A DNA stretch of 61,643 bases, filler included, from Hyphochytrium catenoides (taxonomy: Eukaryota > Protista > Hyphochytriomycota): the NCBI GenBank assembly GCA_900088475.1. It is 12 parts of 12 records of this genome, joined end to end, with 100 filler letters (N's around TTAATTAATTAA, not from the genome) between each part and the next. Parts side by side here need not be neighbours in the genome. Positions count along the whole stretch, not along the records: positions 46,552 to 54,188 come from FLMG01004662.1; positions 54,289 to 55,679 come from FLMG01002665.1; positions 55,780 to 57,435 come from FLMG01001505.1; positions 57,536 to 59,360 come from FLMG01001152.1; positions 59,461 to 61,643 come from FLMG01004182.1; 7 more parts are not named here. The stretch is one strand, 5' to 3'. The notes beneath the pieces are model-generated. The model saw nothing but the letters and a program-made list of their open reading frames with translations, did not search any database and had not been told where the DNA came from. This document shows positions 47,570 to 59,822 of the stretch, piece after piece; position 1 is the stretch's first letter, and every line of letters starts with the position of its first letter. The position numbers and the translations under genes are program-made.

Positions 47570-48970
47570 ATGATAGACTTGAACTCGGCTCTCTCCCTCT
47601 CCCAAGCTCTTATAAAATGCCTGCAGCAGCAGCCAGAGCTCGACGGTACCTCTGTCCAGTCCTTGATAAACGCGAAGGCTGAGATTGCTCTCGCTCTCAC
47701 TCGAACCACCACGAGCCGGATCCAACCATTTTCTCCTTCCTCATCCTGTCCCTCTTCGTCTCTCTCCTCACTAGCTAGGCCTGGCGGCGGCTCTTCCTGG
47801 TCTAGAAGACAGAAGAAAGAAGCAATTATTCCTCTGGAGACAGAATCATCTTCTCCTCTTCCTGCTGCTCTGCCATCTTCTCTCACTTCTTCTCCCTCCT
47901 CGTTGGAGAGAGAACACATAGAAGAAGAGAGGAACAAGCAGCAACGCAAAGTGGCGCTAGAGGCGCCGCCAAGCCTCTGGACAACAGGGAAGAAGCGAGT
48001 GATGATCCCGGTTCACTCGTACACAGAGCTCACCGAGGAAGAGAGCAACCAGACAATGTTGGAAAGGTTGCTAGGCAAGCGTCTCTATCACTGGTGGTGG
48101 CGCCATAGAAAGGTTCTAGGGAGAGGAACGGCCCTTCTCTTCCCCGTAAATCTGGCGCTGGTGAAGTGCTACATGCTTCTCTCTCTCTCTGAGCTGCAGA
48201 GGATAAGCTTGGCCGTAGCCATCCTCTTCATAGCGTTCTTCTGGGTCTTTCGACAGTCTTTCTTCTGGAATTGGTGCCTGCTCCGGCGTTCTCTCCATAC
48301 ATTCGATGCTCTTTTCTCCATAGTTGAGATCATACTCTTCGGTGTCTCTCTTGCGGGCGTCTACTGCTTCACTTTGTCTGCTTGCATCTTCTCTCTAGCC
48401 TGTTCCCTGACCTTGATCCTGGCCTCGATCTGCTATGACACGTATCCAAGCCTGCTGAGGAAAGGGATGAAAGGCTCGTTCACTGTCTTTAGTCTCTTTC
48501 TTCTCTCAATGATGGCCATTATCTACCTCGGTCTCTCTCCGCATATGTGCGCTCTGCGTCTCGACTTGAGAGGAGGAGCTTTGACAGATGAGAGAGACGC
48601 GCGACAAAGAGGAGAGAGACACTGCTTCAGACCGCAATGGACTCTTTCCGTCATCGACCTCTATCTTAACCGTGGATTTACCTTGCTAATGCTCTGGTTG
48701 CGCATCACGTACCTGGCCTTCAAGCATCCAAATGACTGTGTGATCATTAGAAGCAGAGTCAGAGTGCTAGAGCTGCCTCTTCCTCGCGCGGAGAAGGGCC
48801 AAAGCCCGTCTAACCCTAGGACTTGGGCTGTCCCCCCGACAGAAGACCTTTATCGACCCGGAGGAGGAGACAGAAGACGAGCAAAGAGCCAGAGCAGCAA
48901 CTATGAGCAACAGCAGTGGAGAAGATCAATAATAGGCAAAGATGATGATGGCAGCAGCGCGCCGCGGTGA
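47570..48970 (+). CDS. Hypothetical multi-pass membrane protein (6-7 TM); intronless, 466 aa
   Basis: A long ORF of non-repetitive composition, with several hydrophobic helices after a Ser-rich N-terminus. Confidence 0.7.
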   Translation: MIDLNSALSLSQALIKCLQQQPELDGTSVQSLINAKAEIALALTRTTTSRIQPFSPSSSCPSSSLSSLARPGGGSSWSRRQKKEAIIPLETESSSPLPAALPSSLTSSPSSLEREHIEEERNKQQRKVALEAPPSLWTTGKKRVMIPVHSYTELTEEESNQTMLERLLGKRLYHWWWRHRKVLGRGTALLFPVNLALVKCYMLLSLSELQRISLAVAILFIAFFWVFRQSFFWNWCLLRRSLHTFDALFSIVEIILFGVSLAGVYCFTLSACIFSLACSLTLILASICYDTYPSLLRKGMKGSFTVFSLFLLSMMAIIYLGLSPHMCALRLDLRGGALTDERDARQRGERHCFRPQWTLSVIDLYLNRGFTLLMLWLRITYLAFKHPNDCVIIRSRVRVLELPLPRAEKGQSPSNPRTWAVPPTEDLYRPGGGDRRRAKSQSSNYEQQQWRRSIIGKDDDGSSAPR

Positions 48971-49043
48971 GGGGACCGATCCATTTACTAAGAAAGAGAG
49001 GATAGTGTGTCTCAGTCGTGTGGGTGTGGAGAACGAGAGAAGA

Positions 49044-49126
<83 letters not shown>

Positions 49127-49544
49127 TAGGAAGTCAGGCGATAGGTAGCATGCAAATATCTCGGACGAAGGCTTGATAAGAAATACAAAGGTTCTATTAG
49201 CTCTCTGACTCGTTATGAACCACATCCAGACTCAGACTTGACAACTGCATATTTACGCTTATCAGCTCCTGCACGCTCTCTTCCTTCTCCCCTGCTCTCT
49301 TCTCTATCTTCTTCCTCCTTCTTTCGCGTCCCCTGTCTCTCACTCTATCTCGCTGCCTTCTTCTCTCTGCGGCCGCAATCTTCTATTTTGCTACGAGTCG
49401 GTTGTCTAGCTTCGGGCCAGATAATCTTGAGCAGACAGCGCTGTCCTGAACACGCTAGTACTAAGGGTTGACACGCCTGAGAGAGGATTCGCCAGATAGA
49501 GAGAAATGAGAGCGAGAGTGAGAGAGAGAGAGAGAGAGAGTGAA

Positions 49545-49587
<43 letters not shown>

Positions 49588-49769
49588 AAGAGAGAGAAAG
49601 AGAAAGTCGTAAGGGGAAGAGTGTGTGATTGTGATAAAGGAAGATAAAGACTCGGTACCCCGTACAGCACGGGCCGAGACAGAGACAATGACAGAGACAC
49701 AGAAAGCAAGAGAAGACGAAGAAGAGAGCTTTTGCCTGACGTCAGGGAAGAGAAAAAGGAAAGAAAGCT

Positions 49770-52700
49770 TTAAACGAGGAAAGGCGCTAGCTGCTCACCC
49801 TTGGAGCTTGAGGAGCCCACCACAAAAGAGATCGCTTGGGTACGTCGTCTGGTTGGCTCTGCATCCGCAGGGTTGAGAGGGACAATCACTTCTTGCTCCT
49901 CTCCGTCGTAGGGAGCAGACGAGGAAGGAGAGAGAGAAGGGAATGTGTTGTCTCTCAGCATACTGTTCCAACAGTAGAACTCATTGAGAGCGACCCAGTA
50001 GCTGTCACTGGAGCTAGCATAGGAAGGATTGTCGTCAGCAGTGTACCGCCGATGGTAGAAAGAGTCCATTCTCTCTCTTTCTTCTCTTCTTAACCGTCCG
50101 TCATTTCTTCTGTTAAGAGAGAGAGACACTGGGGAAGGGACCGGAGAGACAGTGTCTTCTCCCACTGGCATACTCATGGATCTCTGGGCTCGTGGAAGAG
50201 AGGCACAAAGCTTCTCAACTGCCTCACTCTGCGCGGACGGAGCCGGAGGTGGCACAACGAACATCACTCGGTCATAAGCTGCGAGCTTGCTTTTCCTGAG
50301 AGAAAAGGCAACGAGAAAAAGAAGTCAGACTCCAGAAAAAGCAAAGAGAAGCCAAGACATTGAGGTCCGACTTAAGGACATTTAGAGCAGAGATCGCAGG
50401 AGGAAGCAAAAAGAGAGAACGACAAGGAAGATATAATAAGAGGGTAGAGAGGAAGGAGGAGCAAGTCCGACTGTGTGTGCGCGGTAAAGAGAGAGAAGAA
50501 AGTGGAGCAAACAGGAGGATCGCGCGAGAAAAAAGAAGAGAGAATAACAACGAATAGCAGAGAAGCAGGGCTGAAGAGAGAGGAATAGGCGGAAGCGGAG
50601 GAGGAGAGATCATTAGGATGGCAAGAGCTGGAAGACAGGGCATTCTGATCTTACCTTGCCTCCCAGTTATTCCAGCTCATAAAGTCTCTCACACTAGGAA
50701 GGGAGATCATCGCCATACGGAGCTTCTTGGCAGCCTTCTTCCGCTTCCGTCTCTCTCCTCTCGTCTCTTCTCTCCTCTCCTCTCCACCACTCTCTTCTCT
50801 CTTAAATAATGGAAAGACCTCTATTTCGCTGCTGTCAATCTCCTCTCCACCGTCGTACGATCTGTCCTCCTCCTCAGGCCTGGGCCCAAAGAAGTCTCTC
50901 CCTTTGTTTATCACTATCAGTGGGACTGTGACTGACAAGAGGGGAAGAGAAGCTTGTACGGCTCCGTCCTCTAAGACTTCTGCTCGCTGAAAGAGGTCGA
51001 GAAGATGTTCCCGGAGCTCTACAGAGCCTTCCCGCGCAAAACCAATCAAGTCAATCACCACTCCTGCCAGGGAGAGACCAGGGAGAAGAGAGAAAGATAG
51101 AGAACGACAGAAAGAGAGTAAGCGGGATTAGAGTCAAAGGCTTGATTGGAGTGTCAAGGGAGAGAGAGAGAGAGTAGATGGAAGGGTTGCCAGAGAGCGG
51201 CACATGCAATAACCACCGGATGCCTAAAGAACCATACCAAGGCCGCTTGCGACCCAAATCCACATCACCAGGGAGAGACAGAGAAGAAGAGAGAGATTAC
51301 GGCTCGCAAAAAGAGGGGGAGAGAGAGAGAGAGAGACAGAGAGAGACAGAGACAGCAGCGGAGGAGAAAGGGGAGAGCGGATAGCTTAAAGACAGACAGA
51401 TAAAAAGAGAGAGAAAGAGAGAGAGCCTACACAGGCGCACTCGGAAGACTATAACTATCAAGAAAGAGACGAACCTCGTCTTAAGTGTGCGGTAGATCTT
51501 TTCAGGTCCACATAATGCTTCACTTTCTTCCCCACCGCTCGCGCAGGCAGATAGACAACCGTCGCAGGGATTGTCACCGCTGCAGCGGCTGCTCCAGCGC
51601 CGAGGACCAGTCCTCCCGCCGCTAGCGCCAGCCCAGCAGCGCCCACTACGACGCCAGGCGCCAAAGCTAGGGCCGTGCAGTGAGTCACGCAGCGGAGAGC
51701 GCGGTTCGAGCCCCAGAACTCTGCCTTCCACAAGCTGACTCCCGCGCACAATCTACAGAGAGGGAGAGACGAAGCGAAGAATTGACGATCAGCTTTAGGA
51801 CTTATACTCTGAAAGAAAGGAGACAGCGAGAGAGAGATTGAAACAAGATGAGAGCTCGAGAGAAAGGCATCTAACAGGCACAGCGGGACCGGAATTGAAA
51901 GGACGAATAGCAGAGAGGACGCAGAGAAAAAGAGAGAAGAACGCTAATTTGGGGGAGAGAGAGAGAGAAAAAGAGACCCAGAAACTGAGAGAGAGAGACG
52001 AGAAAGGGGGGAGAGGATGGGAGGCATGTCGGCCTTATCACCTCGAGTTGTGGGTCCTCCAGTTGGCTTTGCAGACCCAGCACCACTCATAGCGACATTT
52101 GGCGCATGTCATGTGAGAGCAACTGGGCGGAAGCTCAGTTAGAGACGGGTTGTTACCTTCTCTCCACCCTTCCCCGCTCTCTCTCTCTTTCTCTCTCTCT
52201 CTCACACACAGAGATCTCTCTCTTCAATGAAGCTTAGCTCTCGACCCATCAATCACCGTCGCCTCCTTCTTCACACAGCATGGGTTCGTAAGTTGTGGAA
52301 GTCTCGTCTCGTGCATTCTCTCTCTCTCTCTCTCTCTCTTTTTTCTCTCTCTCTCTTCCTTTCTTTCTCTCCTCCCACGATGCCTTGTCTTACCCATCAT
52401 TCTTCCAGATGTGTATCCCACACTGTGGGCACTGCTTCACGCCGTCCACCCTCCAGCGCAGTCTGTTGCTCGAGTGAGCCCGCTTCCAAGCTTCAAAATC
52501 TGCGTCTCGCTTCTGAACGTGAGAGAACCAGAGGTGCGTGCCCGCGAAAGAAAGAGAGGGAGAGAGAAAGAGGCAGGGAGACAAGAGGTAAGCAACCTAA
52601 TAGGAAAGAGAGGCTCCTGGGACAAGAGGAGAAGAGAGAAAACAGAAAGGACAGAGGAGCGAATGGCAGCATACGAGAAGGAGAGCTCGGGAGAGTGCAG

Positions 52701-52891
52701 CTGTGCATGTAAGAAGCAGAGGAAGAGAGATGCGGATATCGCGGACACTATCGGTCAGCGAGAAGAAGCTATTTTCATAAGCGGAAGTTTCTCAGTAGAA
52801 GAGCTATTAATGAGGAGAAGAGTTCTAAAGAAAGGTTGACGACAATCGGGCAGAGCAAGTGAGCGAGAGAGACTGACCAGGGATGGCGTGA

Positions 52892-52927
<36 letters not shown>

Positions 52928-52989
52928 AAGTATGAACCAGAGCAAGAAAGAGAGATAGAGAGAAAAGAGAGAGACAGAAGGACAGAGCA

Positions 52990-53022
<33 letters not shown>

Positions 53023-53258
53023 CACACAGAAAAGAGAGAAAGAGGCGGGGATGACAAGAAGATGGCAACGGTGGGTCAGGACCTGTTTGCAGATGTTAAG
53101 GAGTCCTCCGTGTCGCGTCTGCTTGCATCTCACACAGAACCTGGTTCTGCAGCTGCTACACTCGATCATCTTCTCTCTGAAGTCAGTCCGCCGGACAGGG
53201 GCAGAACACTGAGGATTCGGGCACCAGACAACCAGTGGATCTGCGTCGTACTGCAGAT

Positions 53259-53297
<39 letters not shown>

Positions 53298-53846
53298 AGA
53301 AAGAGAGTAAGAATAACCTTGACGACGGGGATCTCAGATCCGCAAAGACGAAGAAGCATGAAGAGGAGAGGCGTATTCAAAGATCGGGTTTTAGGTAGTA
53401 TGAGAAAGTCCGCCAAGCCGTCAGAAAGGACAAGAAAAGAAAGAGAGAGAGAGAGTGAACTGGATAAAAGACAGAGCAAGGGAGAGAAAGAAACGAGTTA
53501 GAAAGGTCAAGAGAGGGACAGGGAGATAGGCGGATGAGAACGGCAGCGAGAGAGGGAAAGGAGAGAACAAGCGGACATAAAGACCGAGAGAGACGTAAAG
53601 AGACGCGGTGTAATGGAAACCGAGACGGAGAATGACATAGAGAGAGACCCATCGCCAACCAAGCTAGGAGAAGAAGAAGGAGAGAAGAGACGAGGACGCA
53701 AGAGAAGAATATACGAACCGCGGCTTCTTCCATGAACCTGACGTAGAGGTCAGTCAGTGCGGCGTCATGTCCAATAATTCTCAGCACTTCCTCTTCAGGA
53801 AGAGCGACGTTGCAGCCATCGCCAGGGCAGATGAGGGAAGCTGTGC
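49770..53846 (-). CDS. RBR (RING-IBR-RING) E3 ubiquitin ligase with a hydrophobic segment after RING2; 5' end missing, 3' exons (49770-51270) tentative
   Basis: Exons encode LICPGDGC; WCPNPQC..IECSSCRTRFCVRCKQTRH (IBR); KQCPQCGIHIWKNDG|CSHMTCAKCRYEWCWVC (RING2); then a Gly/Ala-rich TM segment. Confidence 0.85.
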
Positions 53847-54117
53847 ACATAAAGATGAAGGAATGAGAGAATTAGAAGAAGAAAGGACAAGGTCAGGTTT
53901 GGGAGGAGAGAGCTATGAAGAAGAAGAGGAATATTGACAGTTGCCGATAGAGGGAGTGAGAGGAGAGAGAGAGAGGAGAGAGATGACGGAGCGAGCGGAC
54001 GGACAAAGCACGGTGAAAGAAAGAGTAGACTCTGCGAGGGAACAGATGACAGATAGAGGGCAAATACGCAGAGACAGACAAAGACAACTACCAAAATAAT
54101 AGAGAGGCAGAGAGGGG

Positions 54118-54156
<39 letters not shown>

Positions 54157-55208
54157 CAGAAGAGAGAGCTCATCAACGCACATGCGCTNNNNNNNNNNNN
54201 NNNNNNNNNNNNNNNNNNNNNNNNNNNNNNNNTTAATTAATTAANNNNNNNNNNNNNNNNNNNNNNNNNNNNNNNNNNNNNNNNNNNNTCAATGAATGCG
54301 ACCACACTGCTCCTGACGGCTGAACCTCTTCTCGCTAAGCTTGCGCCTTCAGTGAGAAGCAACAGCTATGGATTATCTAGCTCAGACGCAGCGCCACTGC
54401 TGCCACTTCCTTCAGAAGAGGAAGGCTAGTCCTGTCGGAGACGAGGTGGATGCGAGCCTTTTGAGTCTCATCAACATCTTCCAGCACTGCTGGAGATGGC
54501 CAAGAAGGCAACCTTCTGTCTTCTTGCCTTCACAGCTCAGCCGCTGAAGACTCTACTACTGCTCGATGGCGCCAGAACTAGCGATGTCCTGCTCGCCAAA
54601 GTGGTCAAGAAGCCGGTGCCCTGAGCTTAGGAGAGTGCTGGACTTGTATGCGCTTCCAGGCTCTGCTCGAGCTGTGCGTTGCACACGAACTTACTCTTAG
54701 GTCTAGGAGCTTTATCGATGTCATAACATGAGAACCTGCGGCATTGATTAAGAGCAGGACAGTAGGATAAGAGGCAGTGTCGCAAAGAGGAAAGAGCAAG
54801 CGTCGCTGGCGCCATCGCCCCTGACTTCTATGATGCTCTGGCGGCACTGAAGAAGGAGCCCGCGCGGACCTCAGGAGCTAGTCCAGAAGTGAGCGGTTTG
54901 GCTCCTATCCTCTTCTTGATCACAAGCCCTTCAAAAGTAAGACGAAAGGTAAGAAGAAAGACCCACATCTCGCATCTCTGACAAGAGAGAGAGAATCTCT
55001 TCTCTTTGTGCTTGTTGATCGGTCACTGTCTGTCAGATAACATCTTCTCCACTGGCCACCGCGCTGCTAGGTCGATGGACCTCTTTCCCTGCAGTTGTTT
55101 GACTGCCTTTGGGGTCCGAGCTTCTCTGACAGGCCTACGAGGATGAGCTGCATAGCAAATAGCTTATTAGTACGTCCTACGCGCTTCTGACGCTGAGAGG
55201 AAGAATGA

Positions 55209-55284
55209 CTGGCTCGCTATAGAGTTGCAGCTCTGATCGCTGACAGGAAGATGGCTGGCTCGCTATAGAGTTGCGGCTCTGATC
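55209..55284. repeat. 30-bp direct repeat ctggctcgctatagagttgc(a/g)gctctgatc x2
   Basis: Copies lie at 55209-55238 and 55255-55284. Confidence 0.85.
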
Positions 55285-55439
55285 ATGAGCAGTGAGGACT
55301 CATCAATGGGTCATAGGAAGTGCTTATAGTTGTTAGGCAGTAGAGAAGCTATGCAGGAGACGAAGAGGAAGATAAAGAGAAGCGTGGTCAAGCCCAAGAG
55401 TTAAGAGACGTCTTCCAACGTGGCAGCTAGCTCCCAGAA

Positions 55440-55679
55440 CTACTCTTCAATGATCTCTTCCTCTTCGATGATCTCTTCCTCTTCGATGATCTCTTCACCA
55501 GCAGCAGCAGCCTCACCTGCTTGAAACCGCCTGCCTTCTTCTTCAATGATCTCTTCCTCTTCGATGATCTCTTCCTCTTCGATGATCTCTTCAGCATTTG
55601 CTTGAAGGAGCCTGTCTTTTTCTTCAAAGATCTCTTCGTCTTCGATGATCTCTTCTGCAGTAGCAGCCTCATCGGCTTG
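55440..55679 (-). CDS. 3' fragment of an acidic (EEIIEE)n repeat protein, truncated by the contig end
   Basis: 18-bp tandem units in three blocks. One frame reads QADEAATAEEIIEDEEIFEE...EEIIEEEEIIEEEEIIEE*. Confidence 0.45.
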   Translation of the reverse strand, partial: QADEAATAEEIIEDEEIFEEKDRLLQANAEEIIEEEEIIEEEEIIEEEGRRFQAGEAAAAGEEIIEEEEIIEEEEIIEE

Positions 55680-56273
55680 NNNNNNNNNNNNNNNNNNNNN
55701 NNNNNNNNNNNNNNNNNNNNNNNTTAATTAATTAANNNNNNNNNNNNNNNNNNNNNNNNNNNNNNNNNNNNNNNNNNNNAGAGAGAGAGAGAGAGAGAGA
55801 GATGGAGACTACAGAGTAGGAGAGAGATTAAGCATGTATGGGAGAGCGAGAGAGTCAGAATAAGAAAGAGACGGAGAGAAAAAGAGGGTAAGTGATGTGA
55901 GAGAGAGGAAGAGAGAGAGATGAAGTGAACGAGAGTAGAAGAAGTGAGATGTGAAAGGGGAAAAGACGAAGAGAGGAAGACAAGTTCGAAAGGGAAACAC
56001 TACCACAAAGGGAATACAGAATGAACAGAGAAGGAGAAAGCTCGGGAGAGAGGAGAGAGAAGAGTAAGCAGAGACGAGGACGAAAGAGGAGAAAGAAAGG
56101 GACGAAAGGAACATCTGAAGGAGACGACAATGAGAAGAGAGAGAGAGAGATCTTTGATGGAGGCATTTTGAGAAGCGAAAACGGAGAGAGGAGAGTATGT
56201 GTGGCTGTTTGGCTGAGACGGAGAGAGAGGAGAAAAAAGAGAGAGACACAAAGAGAGAGACACAGAGAGAGAG

Positions 56274-56305
<32 letters not shown>

Positions 56306-56331
56306 CATAGCTGACGTATCACTACCGCCAG

Positions 56332-57115
56332 GTGGGTGAGTTCTACTACGCCGCCAAGGCCTTCGATGTGCTGGAGAGGACAGATCCGGATCCAGAGTAT
56401 TGGGAAGGAAAGAGAGGAGCGTGCATCGGCGTGTTTCAGCAGGTAACTGTCCTATTAGTGTGGGAGACGGGGGGAAGAGAGAGACAGAGAGAGAGAGAAA
56501 GAGAGAGAGACAGACATACAGAGAGCGAGAAGAGAGTCAAAGGGAGAGAGTTCTAAAAAAGAAGACCTAAGACTGTTGGAAGGAGCATACAAACAGAGAG
56601 AGAGAGAGAGAATGCGCAACAAGTTAAAGCGGGCTCATGAGAAACAGATGAGAGAGAGAGAAAGGAAGATTTGAGCCAAGTGGGAGAGGGAGGTCAAAGA
56701 AGGAAGAGAAGCATAGAAATATTGCTGGGGGAAGCGGGAGAGGGAATCCCGAGAGAACCAACTGACCATGTTCCCTCACCTTCTCTCTTTCTCTCTCTCT
56801 CTTTTTTTCGTCCTCTACCCTTTTTCTGTCTCATTCTGTCTCTCTTTAAAGGTTATTGCCGGGAAGATGCCCAGTGACAAGATGAAGGAAGTTGTTGGGA
56901 TGATATCTTCCACTGTCAACCCGCAGGTAAAAAAACACTGACCACTGCATGGTTCTTTCTTATCATTCTCAATGACCTTCCCACTGTTCCGGTCCCTCTC
57001 TCTCTCTTCCTCTCTCTTTCTCTCTCTCTCTCTCCCTATCCCTCCCTGGGTGCAGGTGGAGTTCATCGTGAAGACAATGAAGAAGTGGTGTCTCGAGAAC
57101 AAAGTAGCCATCTAA
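56332..57115 (+). CDS. IFT56: Intraflagellar transport protein 56 (TTC26/DYF-13), last three exons (56332-56442, 56852-56926, 57056-57115)
   Basis: The spliced sequence [37 protein letters not shown]|VIAGK...NPQ|[19 protein letters not shown] matches the conserved TTC26 C-terminus. Confidence 0.93.
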
Positions 57116-57806
57116 CCGTGCATAAAGATCTATCACATCAGTAATGGAGCTCTCTCTCTTGTCCATCTTTCTCTGTGTCGTCCTCTCTCTCTCTCTTCCT
57201 TTCTCTTAACTCACTAATGTGTATCCGCCCCTATCGTTATCTTTCCGCTGTATCTCTTCTCTCTCCTTCCCTCTCTCACACTTTGGAAGTACTAGTGCAG
57301 CGAGCTGAGTGCCACAGCACGCTCTCTCTTTCCCGTCTTCCTCTTCCGCTCTTCTCTGAGCTCTTCCAGTACGTTACCTCTGTTCCATTGTCCTTCTCTC
57401 TCTCCTCCTTCAATCTCTCTCTTTCTCTCTCTCTCNNNNNNNNNNNNNNNNNNNNNNNNNNNNNNNNNNNNNNNNNNNNTTAATTAATTAANNNNNNNNN
57501 NNNNNNNNNNNNNNNNNNNNNNNNNNNNNNNNNNNGAGAGAGAGAGGGAGGGAGGGAGGGAGAGAGAGAGAGAAAATGAGAGCGAGAGGGTGCGTGTGTG
57601 AGAGAGGCAGAGAGACAGAGAGAAAGAGAGAGAGAGAGAGACAGAGAGAGCGCAAAGAGAGACAGACAGAGAAAGTGAGAGAAACAGGCGGAGATGGATA
57701 GAGAGAGAGAGGAGAAAGAGAAAAAGAGAAAAAAGATGACAGAACAGAATGGGTGATGGTGGGCGAAGGGAGAGAGGAAGAGAGGAAAGGGAGACGCATG
57801 AGCTAC

Positions 57807-57906
57807 CTCGAAGTTCTTCTCTGAGCATTTTCTTGGTCTTATAAACAATGTAGCCATTGCTCACTACTCTGTGGACTGTAGGGAATGGCTCTACATACCT
57901 TCAAAC

Positions 57907-57956
<50 letters not shown>

Positions 57957-58969
57957 GAGGGAGAGTGAGAGAGAGAGACAGAGACAGACAGAGGAGAGTG
58001 AGAGACACAGAGAGGGAGAGAGGCAGAGAGAGAGAGAGAGAGACAGAGAGAGAGAGAGACAGAGAGAGAGTGAGAGAGACAGAGAGAGAGACAGAGAGGG
58101 AGAGACGAGGAGCGATACAGAAGAGGGAGATGATGGAAGGCAAATGATAAAGAGAAGGAAGACACCGAGACAATAAAAGGACAAAAGAGTGAGAGACTTA
58201 GGAGAGGATAGAGAGAGAAAGAGGAGATATGGAGAGACTTAGACAGAGAGAGAGAGAGAAGAGAGCGAGAGAGAGAAAGAAAAGAGAGACAGAGAGAGAG
58301 AGAATGAGAGAAAACAGAGAGAGAGCGTTACATGTTTCTCCCCAACGTGATGCGCTCTCCTAACTTCACTGGGACCACCTGACTTCGGATGTCTGTCTGC
58401 CCAAGAAGAGGGAAGAGACATGGAAAATGTATGTGAACAACAGAGAGAGAGAAAATGCAAGAGTGACAGAGAGAGAGAGAGAGACGGAGAGAGAAGGAGA
58501 GAGAGAGAGAGAGAGAAGGAGAGGCAGACCCAAAAAAGACCATTGCGTGGAGAGAAAGAGAGAATGTATCCATAAAACAAGAGACTCAAGAAGCTGCCTG
58601 GAGAAAGGGAAGAGAGAAGCAGACAAACCCAGCGCAGAGCTATAAGCAGAGTACTGAGGAGAAAGAGACAGAACTCAAGATAGACGAGACTGAGATAGGA
58701 AAGAGAAAAAGAGAGAAAGAGAGAGGGAGAAGAGAGAGGGAGAGAAGAGAGAGAGAGAGAAAGAGAGAGGGAGAAGAGACAGAGAAGGAGAGAGAGAAAG
58801 AGAGAGGGAGAAGAGAGAGAGCGGGAGAGAGAGAGAGAGAGAGAGTGAGAGCTTTCACCTCTGAAATCTCTGAGAAAGTGTTAAGTATGGTCTCCACCTT
58901 CTCTGCCACCGCTTCTGGGACATAGTAAGTCGCCTTAGGAAGCTTATGAAGATCCTTCTGGGAGGCGTG
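57807..58969 (-). CDS. Short-form TM-type tRNase Z, internal exons (58859-58969, 58332-58396, 57807-57898)
   Basis: The spliced sequence is HASQKDLHKLPKATYYVPEAVAEKVETILNTFSEISE|TDIRSQVVPVKLGERITLGRNM|YVEPFPTVHRVVSNGYIVYKTKKMLREELR. It resembles the plant TRZ1-type F.T.H...S.GY.VY...K.L..E region. The HxHxDH motif is not seen. Confidence 0.65.
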
Positions 58970-59038
58970 CTGCGAACAAGTGTGAGAGAGAGAGAGGGGG
59001 AGNNNNNNNNNNNNNNNNNNNNNNNNNNNNNNNNNNNN

Positions 59039-59079
<41 letters not shown>

Positions 59080-59777
59080 AAAGAGAAAGAGAAAGAAAGA
59101 GAGAGAAAGAAAGAGAAAGAGAGAGAGAGAAATAGAAAGAGGAAAGAAAGAGAGAGAGAGAGAGGAAGGAGAGAGCGGGATAGGACTTACCACATCACCT
59201 TGATTGCATCTAAACCTCGACTACTCGCTATTCCGTCAATGAGAGAAGGCATCCAAAGGGGAGAGAGAAGAGCAGAAAGAGAAGACGGAGAAGAAGAAGA
59301 AGAAGACGAAGAAGAGAGAGAGAGAAAGAGAGACGAAGAGGGAAGCTTGTCATGAAAGATNNNNNNNNNNNNNNNNNNNNNNNNNNNNNNNNNNNNNNNN
59401 NNNNTTAATTAATTAANNNNNNNNNNNNNNNNNNNNNNNNNNNNNNNNNNNNNNNNNNNNCTCTCTCTCTCTCTCTGTCTGCTCTGATTCTTCTCTGGCT
59501 TGCCATTCTCTTCCCTCACTCGACGATTCTGTCTCTTCCACTCTATGTGTGTTCTATAGTATCTCCATGTCTCCCGTCACTCTGTGTCACTATAGGAGTG
59601 ATTGTCTTTTCTGCCATCGCTGAAGAATGTTGGAGTTATTAGAGAATCAGACACTTGAATCATTTAGAGAATCTATCCGTTTGATCTAGACTAATTGATA
59701 ACTGTTGGTTTTGATCATACAATTCTTCTGTTGCGGACTTTCGAAAATTGGCGCGAAGCTCGTTTGCACATCAAGGA

Positions 59778-59822
<45 letters not shown>

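Noticed and set aside
16751-59460. Recurring TTAATTAATTAA between N runs as a biological repeat or CRISPR-like array
   Set aside because: It is a fixed 100-nt all-frame-stop spacer, an artefact of contig concatenation.
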